The position numbers and the translations under genes are program-made. Below are positions 58,378 to 64,000 of a DNA stretch of 64,000 nt, in pieces (position 1 is the stretch's first letter; each line of letters starts with the position of its first letter). The notes under the pieces are model-generated. The model was not told the DNA's origin, did not search any database, and saw nothing but the letters and a program-made list of their open reading frames with translations. Origin of the DNA: an uncultured Candidatus Rokubacteria bacterium (GTDB lineage Bacteria > Methylomirabilota > Methylomirabilia > Rokubacteriales > CSP1-6); NCBI GenBank assembly GCA_963754315.1, contig CAVWFS010000014.1, positions 1-64,000 on the forward strand, written 5' to 3'.

Positions 58378-59837
58378 CTGACGCGATCAGCCTCAGTACC
58401 GCCGCGGGGCAAACCCTGAGCACGGATGGTCCGTCTCTGGACAGGCGCTCCCCCGCTGACTACGAGCTCGCCATCCGGGTGCGAGATCTGTCGAAGCGCT
58501 ATCGCCTTGAGCAGGCGCGCACGCGGGCACCGCACACGGGACTCCTTCAACCTTTCCTTACGCTGCTGCGGCGACGGCGGGCGTCCGCGAGCGGCAAGGA
58601 CTTCTGGGCTCTTGACGGTGTCACCTTCGACGTCGCCCGCGGCGAGCGGGTAGGACTGATCGGCCGCAACGGCGCCGGCAAGACGACCTTGCTCAAGATC
58701 CTCTCTCGCATCGTGGCGCCGACGCGCGGGGAGGCGCGCCTGCGTGGTCGTCTCACGTCGCTGCTGGAGGTCGGCACGGGCTTCAATGACGCGCTCACCG
58801 GGCGCGAGAACGTGTTCGTGAACGCCAGCATGCATGGGCTGGGGACGGCGGAGACGGCCGCGCGCTTCGAGGAGATCGTCGAGTTCTCCGGCATTGACCG
58901 CCGGTTCATCGATATGCGGGTGAAGCACTACTCGAAGGGCATGCGCGTCCGTCTCGCCTTCAGCGTGGCCGCCCACCTCGACGCCGACATTCTCTTGCTC
59001 GACGAGGTCCTCGCCGTCGGCGATCTCGCCTTCCAGGAGAAATGTTTCGAGCGGGTCGAGGGCATGATGCAGACGAAGCGGACGGTCATGTTCGTGTCCC
59101 ACGACCGGAGCTCGTTGACCCGCTTCTGCGAGCGCGCGATCTGGCTGGAGCAGGGTCGGATTGTCCTCGATGGCCCCTCAAAGGATGTGATCGCGGCGTA
59201 CGCCGACGAGGTGCACCGAGCCGGCAGCGCGCGACATTGGGACCGAGCGATCCTCGATGCCCGCCCACCCGCGGCCGTCCGCGGCCGGACGGCTCAGGTC
59301 GAGCCTTCCGCGCCGGCAACCGCGCCGGAGGCGGAAGGGGCGCTCCTCGGAGTCGGTGCCATCCTCAGGGAGACACCGTGGGCCGAGTTCGTGAGGGTCG
59401 GCGTGATTGACGGCCACGGGCGCGCGCTCAAGGTGGCGACGGTGGACCAGAAGGTCGGGATCGAGTTCGTCTACGACGTCCTGCGTCCCGGCAAGGTCAT
59501 TTTGCCTTTGGCGAGCCTCTACACGGCAGACGAGATCCCCATGTTCACCGCGGTCTACACGGAGCCCGAGAACATGCGGCGTCCCAAAGAGCAGGGCCGC
59601 TACCGGTCGGTCGCCTGGATTCCGCCGCACTTGCTGAATGTGGGTTTGGTACGGGTCACCGTCAGCCTGACCACCCCCGTCAGCGGCAAGCTCGAGCGCC
59701 ACGCCCACCTTCCGGCCGTCGTGTCGTTCGAGGTCTGCGAGGCGCCCCTCGGCGTGCCCTCGGCCCGTGGCTCGTACCGGGAGGTCCAAGGAATCGTGCG
59801 ACCTCTGCTCGATTGGGAGACCGCTCGCCTCCCCTAG
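58374..59837 (+). CDS. wzt: Polysaccharide ABC exporter ATPase with C-terminal Wzt_C-like domain
   Basis: GRNGAGKT, LLEVGTGF, YSKGM, LLDEVLAVGD, VSH; about 200-aa C-terminal extension. Confidence 0.92.
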   Translation: MTDAISLSTAAGQTLSTDGPSLDRRSPADYELAIRVRDLSKRYRLEQARTRAPHTGLLQPFLTLLRRRRASASGKDFWALDGVTFDVARGERVGLIGRNGAGKTTLLKILSRIVAPTRGEARLRGRLTSLLEVGTGFNDALTGRENVFVNASMHGLGTAETAARFEEIVEFSGIDRRFIDMRVKHYSKGMRVRLAFSVAAHLDADILLLDEVLAVGDLAFQEKCFERVEGMMQTKRTVMFVSHDRSSLTRFCERAIWLEQGRIVLDGPSKDVIAAYADEVHRAGSARHWDRAILDARPPAAVRGRTAQVEPSAPATAPEAEGALLGVGAILRETPWAEFVRVGVIDGHGRALKVATVDQKVGIEFVYDVLRPGKVILPLASLYTADEIPMFTAVYTEPENMRRPKEQGRYRSVAWIPPHLLNVGLVRVTVSLTTPVSGKLERHAHLPAVVSFEVCEAPLGVPSARGSYREVQGIVRPLLDWETARLP

Positions 59838-59926
59838 CATTCGCATTCACGCGACGCGGGTTCGCGTTCACCTCAACGGGGCTCGATGCGATGTGTGCCC
59901 GACAGGCACCCTCCGACCGATGCTCG

Positions 59927-61576
59927 TCACGTGGACTGTGCCCAGGCGCAACGCAGAACAAACCCGTCCAGGTTGAGAAGCATGTAGCGGCTGCCCAGGA
60001 GGGTCTCCTCGCGAACAGGCGGCGGTGGTGCGCACTGCTTCCGGATCAGCACCTCCAGCTCCTCCTCGAGCATGAGCCCGTAGCGCCGTGGATGGTTAGC
60101 GACCCTGGCGATAGCCCGGATCTGCGCCAACTCGATGCGTCGGTGTTCCAGGTAGAACATCAGCGCGGTGCTCAACTTCCGATCGACGTACACGATTTCC
60201 GCACCCGGCGGCATCATCGCGGCGAACCGGGCCGCCACCTCCCGCGTGGGATAGACGCGATTGAGCCGGGGCGTCTGGACGGTCACGTGAAGCAGGACAA
60301 GCAGCGACAAGGTTCCGGCCCCTACCACCACCGGGAGTGCGTCCGTACGCCGCCGCCTCAGAAGGACCGCAACGCCAAGCGCGGTGGCGCCGGCCATCGC
60401 GGCCGCCATCAGTGCCACGTGCCGGCTCAGCACGATGCTCTGTCGTGCCGTCTCGATCGTCAGGGGCCAAACCGCGAGGGCGAGGCCTGCCACCATCACG
60501 GTCAACACCATGAGCACCAACGGATACAGCATCCACCGCCGTTCCTGAACGGAGGACGCTGACCACGTCCACGCGACGATGATGGCCAGGGACGGGTAGA
60601 TCGGCAGGAAATATACCGCTCGGGCCGAGACGACGAGGGTGAATATGGCAAGCACAAGAGCGACCCAGAGCAGCGGGAGCAGGAGGACACGCCACGACGC
60701 TCGCCATCTCCGAGCAAGGATCAACACAACTCCGGGCAGCAGAAGCGTCCAGGGAAGGAAGCCCAAGCCGATGGCCTCCACCACGAAGATCCCGTGCGCA
60801 TTCCGACGATTCCGGAGCTCGTCGCCAAACATGGCGATAACCTCTTTGCCGTACTCGGCGACTCCCCCGTCGGCGCCCGCCGCGGTGGCCAGCCATACCG
60901 CGGGCAGGGCCAGGCCCAACGCAAGAGCGCAACCGAGGTCGCCGACGACACGGCGAGACCAGCCCCCCCGCAGCCCGAGGGCGACGATCAGGGCGGCCAA
61001 CGGCAGGAGCCCGATCGGGCCCTTGGTCAGGCACCCGAGCCCGAGGGCGAGCCCGAGGACGATCGCGTGGCGTCGCTTTCGCCCGTCAAGCCAGCGCAGC
61101 GCGCTCCATAATCCCAGCACGAGCCACAATGTCAGCAACATCTCCAGGCGACCCGTACGCGCCCACTCCACGAACGTGGAACTCGAGGCGAGAACGGCGG
61201 CGGCCACCAGTCCGGTGGCGGGGGTGGCCAGACACGCGGCCATCGAGTAGGTGAGCGCCACCGTGGCGGCGGCCGCCAGGACTGACGGCAGGCGAAGTGA
61301 CCACTCGGTCACCCCTCGCGGCGAGAGCAGCGCGACAAGCCAGTGAAAGAGTGGTGGTTTGTAGGGATACACACGCCCACCCATATGTGGGATCAGCCAG
61401 TGCCCCCTCTCCACCATGTCGCGCGCGACTAACCCATCGCGCGCCTCGTCTTTCGACCACACATGTTGCCCCCCGAGATCAGGGAGGAGGGCCAGGGCAG
61501 TGACCACGAAGATCGCGAGCGGGACGAGCCGCCATCTCGCAGGGTGAGGGCCCGGTTCCCTGTCTTTGCAGACCAT
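59927..61576 (-). CDS. ArnT/GT39-family polyprenyl-phosphate-sugar-dependent glycosyltransferase
   Basis: DEAR, KPPLFHW, RLPS, LTKGP, YFLP; many TM segments. Confidence 0.9.
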   Translation of the reverse strand: MVCKDREPGPHPARWRLVPLAIFVVTALALLPDLGGQHVWSKDEARDGLVARDMVERGHWLIPHMGGRVYPYKPPLFHWLVALLSPRGVTEWSLRLPSVLAAAATVALTYSMAACLATPATGLVAAAVLASSSTFVEWARTGRLEMLLTLWLVLGLWSALRWLDGRKRRHAIVLGLALGLGCLTKGPIGLLPLAALIVALGLRGGWSRRVVGDLGCALALGLALPAVWLATAAGADGGVAEYGKEVIAMFGDELRNRRNAHGIFVVEAIGLGFLPWTLLLPGVVLILARRWRASWRVLLLPLLWVALVLAIFTLVVSARAVYFLPIYPSLAIIVAWTWSASSVQERRWMLYPLVLMVLTVMVAGLALAVWPLTIETARQSIVLSRHVALMAAAMAGATALGVAVLLRRRRTDALPVVVGAGTLSLLVLLHVTVQTPRLNRVYPTREVAARFAAMMPPGAEIVYVDRKLSTALMFYLEHRRIELAQIRAIARVANHPRRYGLMLEEELEVLIRKQCAPPPPVREETLLGSRYMLLNLDGFVLRCAWAQST

Positions 61577-61817
61577 GCGCTCTCCGTCGTTTCCCTTGGT
61601 GGTGTCCGCGTGGTCGCGTCGTCCTGCGCGCAGTGCAGCATCTTCCCCCCCGCGACGGCACCATCATACGCTCAGGAGCCGCTGGCCATATCGGCGACCG
61701 GCAGGGACGGCAGCGGGCGCTTCAGCTCTCGATCATCTTGATGGCGATTCCGAATGCCCGACCAGGCTCTTGAGGAGGCGGCCGAGCGGCGCCCAGTCGT
61801 GGCTTAGGTGTCCCGGC

Positions 61818-62744
61818 TCAGGCGCTGCGCTTCTCGATCTCGCGGACGCATTGCCCGACAAACTCCCGCATGAGCGCGATGCACTTGTCGGTGTCCGCGC
61901 CTGGACGCTGGATGAAGCTGTGAGCAGCGCCCGGAAAGCGCACGCGCTCGATCCGACCGCCGGCCTTCTCGTAGGCTTGCACCAGCGCGTCGGTGATGGC
62001 GGCGGGGACGTTGTCGTCTGATCCTGGCTGGGCCAGCCACACTGGCGGCAGGGCCCTGGCCTCGCCGGCGGCAACGATCCGGGTGACGCTGGCATCCTCC
62101 ATGGCCGCCTCGTCCGCGAAGTAGCCACGGTGCCCCGCGATCAATCCCGCCGCGTTGAACCCTCCTGGCACCGCAGGGTCGTTCAGGCGGCTGAGCGCGT
62201 AGCGGTACCGTGCGAGCGGATCCGCGACCGGGTAAAGGGCCATGACGAACGCGACCGAATCGTCGCCGGAGGCGTTGTCCAGCGGCCCGTCCGGCCGCAC
62301 GATCGGGGTGCCCGCGTGGTCTGGCGCGCCGGGCTTCACGGCGACCAGGAGGGCAAGCTGCCCTCCGCTCGAGCTCCCAAGTAACCCGATGCGCCGTGGA
62401 TCGACCCCGAGGTGGCCCGCGTGCGCGCGAACGTAGCGTACCCCCGCCGCGACGTCGGCGCTGGCCGCGGGGTGCTGATGAGCGGGACCCTGGCGGAAAT
62501 CGAGGGAGGCGACGACGAGCCCGCAGGCAGCCAGCGCACGGCTGTGGGGTGCTCCGACGGTACGGTCCAGGCGGGCCCACGCGCCCCCGTGAACGTCGAC
62601 AACGGCCGCAAGCGGTTCAGAAGGCGTCCCCTGCGGACGATAGAGACGAGCCAGCAACGGCTGGCCCTCGGGCTTGGCAAAGACGACGTCCTCCTCCGCC
62701 ACGTCGTACGGTGCCGCGCTATCGAAACGGACGGTTACCGACAC
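61818..62744 (-). CDS. Alpha/beta hydrolase (HSL/esterase family)
   Basis: HGGAW, GSSSGG, DDNV, AHSF. Confidence 0.9.
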   Translation of the reverse strand: MSVTVRFDSAAPYDVAEEDVVFAKPEGQPLLARLYRPQGTPSEPLAAVVDVHGGAWARLDRTVGAPHSRALAACGLVVASLDFRQGPAHQHPAASADVAAGVRYVRAHAGHLGVDPRRIGLLGSSSGGQLALLVAVKPGAPDHAGTPIVRPDGPLDNASGDDSVAFVMALYPVADPLARYRYALSRLNDPAVPGGFNAAGLIAGHRGYFADEAAMEDASVTRIVAAGEARALPPVWLAQPGSDDNVPAAITDALVQAYEKAGGRIERVRFPGAAHSFIQRPGADTDKCIALMREFVGQCVREIEKRSA

Positions 62745-62756
62745 GGCCCGTGTACC

Positions 62757-64000
62757 TCAACCGCCCACGCGGGCTGCCGCCCGGAGGCGGTTGACCGCGC
62801 TGATGACGGCCTTCAGCGAGGCGGCCAGAATACTCTCGTCGATGCCAACCCCCCACCGCACGGTGCCATCGGGAGCTTGGGCCTCGACATAGGCGACGGC
62901 CTGGGCATCGCTGCCAGCCGAGACCGAATGCTCCGCGTAGTCGTGCACGTCGATCTCGATTCCGAGATCCTTGGCCAGGCCGTGTACAAACGCCGAGATG
63001 GGACCATTGCCTTCACCAGTCACCGTGTGGTGCCGCTCCTCGACGAGTAGCTGCACCGTCACCCTTGCGCCCTCCTTGCCGGTCACCGCCTCGTGGCTCA
63101 GGAACACGAGAGGGGCCGCGGGGGGGAAGTAGGCAGCTTCGAAGGTGGTCCACATTTCGGCCGGGCTGATCTCGGTCCCCGTGTCTTCGGTGATGGTCTG
63201 GATGGTCTTGGAGAACTCGATCTGGAGCCGGCGAGGCAACACCATGCCGTGTTCGGTTTCCATGATGTAGGCCACCCCACCTTTGCCTGACTGGCTGTTC
63301 ACCCGCACGACCGCTTCGTAACTGCGGCCGACGTGCTTGGGGTCGATTGGCAGGTAGGGCACTCCCCATTCCCGATAGTTCTTGGGCAGGGCGGCGAACC
63401 CCTTCTTGATGGCGTCCTGATGGGAACCGGAGAACGACGTATACACCAGATCGCCCGCATACGGGTGGCGCGGCGGGACCGGTAGCCGATTGCAATGCTC
63501 GGCGACGCGACGGAGGTGATCGATGTCGCTGATGTCGAGCTGGGGATCGACGCCCATGGCGAACAGATTCAGGGCGAGGTTGACGATGTCGACGTTGCCG
63601 GTACGCTCCCCGTTGCCGAACAGTGTCCCCTCGACGCGGTCGGCGCCGGCCATGACCCCGAACTCGGCCGCGGCCACTCCGCAGCCTCGATCGTTGTGAG
63701 GGTGCAGAGACAAGACGATCCGGTCCCGATGACGGATCGTACGGTGGAACCACTCGATGACGTCTCCGTACACGTTCGGGGTGTAACACTCCACGGTAGC
63801 TGGGAGGTTCAGAATGATCTTGCCGCGCTGGCGGTCAGGCTCGATCACCTCCATGACCGCCTCGCAGATCTCCACGGCGAAATCGGGCTCGGTGAGGGTA
63901 AAGCTTTCCGGGGAGTACTCGTAGAGGACCACCGTTTCGGGGATGGTCTTCTCGAGCTTGCGGGCCAGGGTGGCGGCGCTGGTCGCGATCTCCACGATGC
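62757..64000 (-). CDS. leuA: 2-isopropylmalate synthase, C-terminal part (5' end outside the window)
   Basis: YEYSPESF, NLPATVE, SLHPHNDRG, GNGERTGN, FSGSHQDAI, RVNSQSGKGG, GNGPISAF. Confidence 0.95.
   Translation of the reverse strand, partial: IVEIATSAATLARKLEKTIPETVVLYEYSPESFTLTEPDFAVEICEAVMEVIEPDRQRGKIILNLPATVECYTPNVYGDVIEWFHRTIRHRDRIVLSLHPHNDRGCGVAAAEFGVMAGADRVEGTLFGNGERTGNVDIVNLALNLFAMGVDPQLDISDIDHLRRVAEHCNRLPVPPRHPYAGDLVYTSFSGSHQDAIKKGFAALPKNYREWGVPYLPIDPKHVGRSYEAVVRVNSQSGKGGVAYIMETEHGMVLPRRLQIEFSKTIQTITEDTGTEISPAEMWTTFEAAYFPPAAPLVFLSHEAVTGKEGARVTVQLLVEERHHTVTGEGNGPISAFVHGLAKDLGIEIDVHDYAEHSVSAGSDAQAVAYVEAQAPDGTVRWGVGIDESILAASLKAVISAVNRLRAAARVGG

Overview
This is a high-GC bacterial chromosomal segment. 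The many luciferase-like monooxygenases and a recurrent GGGGGGCC...GGCCCCCC intergenic repeat suggest a Rokubacteria/Methylomirabilota-like MAG, but that is inference only. From left to right the window holds a partial membrane sensor gene and tRNA-Arg(TCT), then catabolic and transport genes, a dnaJ-like/groES/groEL locus with a CIRCE element, an exosortase-H-like gene, ackA and msrA. At 17.1-25.7 kb there is a compact YcaO RiPP cluster (linear azol(in)e peptide, LAP/TOMM type). Its 42-aa precursor ends in GGG-CCC-SSSSSS-C-GE and is followed by an RRE/E1-like protein, YcaO, a SagB-type dehydrogenase, an HExxH metalloprotein and an ABC exporter, with a GNAT-like and a glutamine-synthetase-like gene alongside. 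After more catabolic genes and an orphan secreted Gly/Pro-tailed protein comes a ~21-kb surface-polysaccharide locus. It contains an unusual NeuB-SDR-NeuA-transketolase-HAD operon, two paralogous capsule-type transferases, a carbamoyltransferase, methyltransferase fusions and wzm/wzt. The window ends in a partial leuA. Five conserved genes (groEL x2, ackA, SulP x2, the beta-propeller gene, the ArsN1-like GNAT) carry small frameshifts that are most likely assembly indels. The best candidates for an undescribed system are the poly-Cys/Ser RiPP cluster and the transketolase-linked ulosonic-acid pathway.
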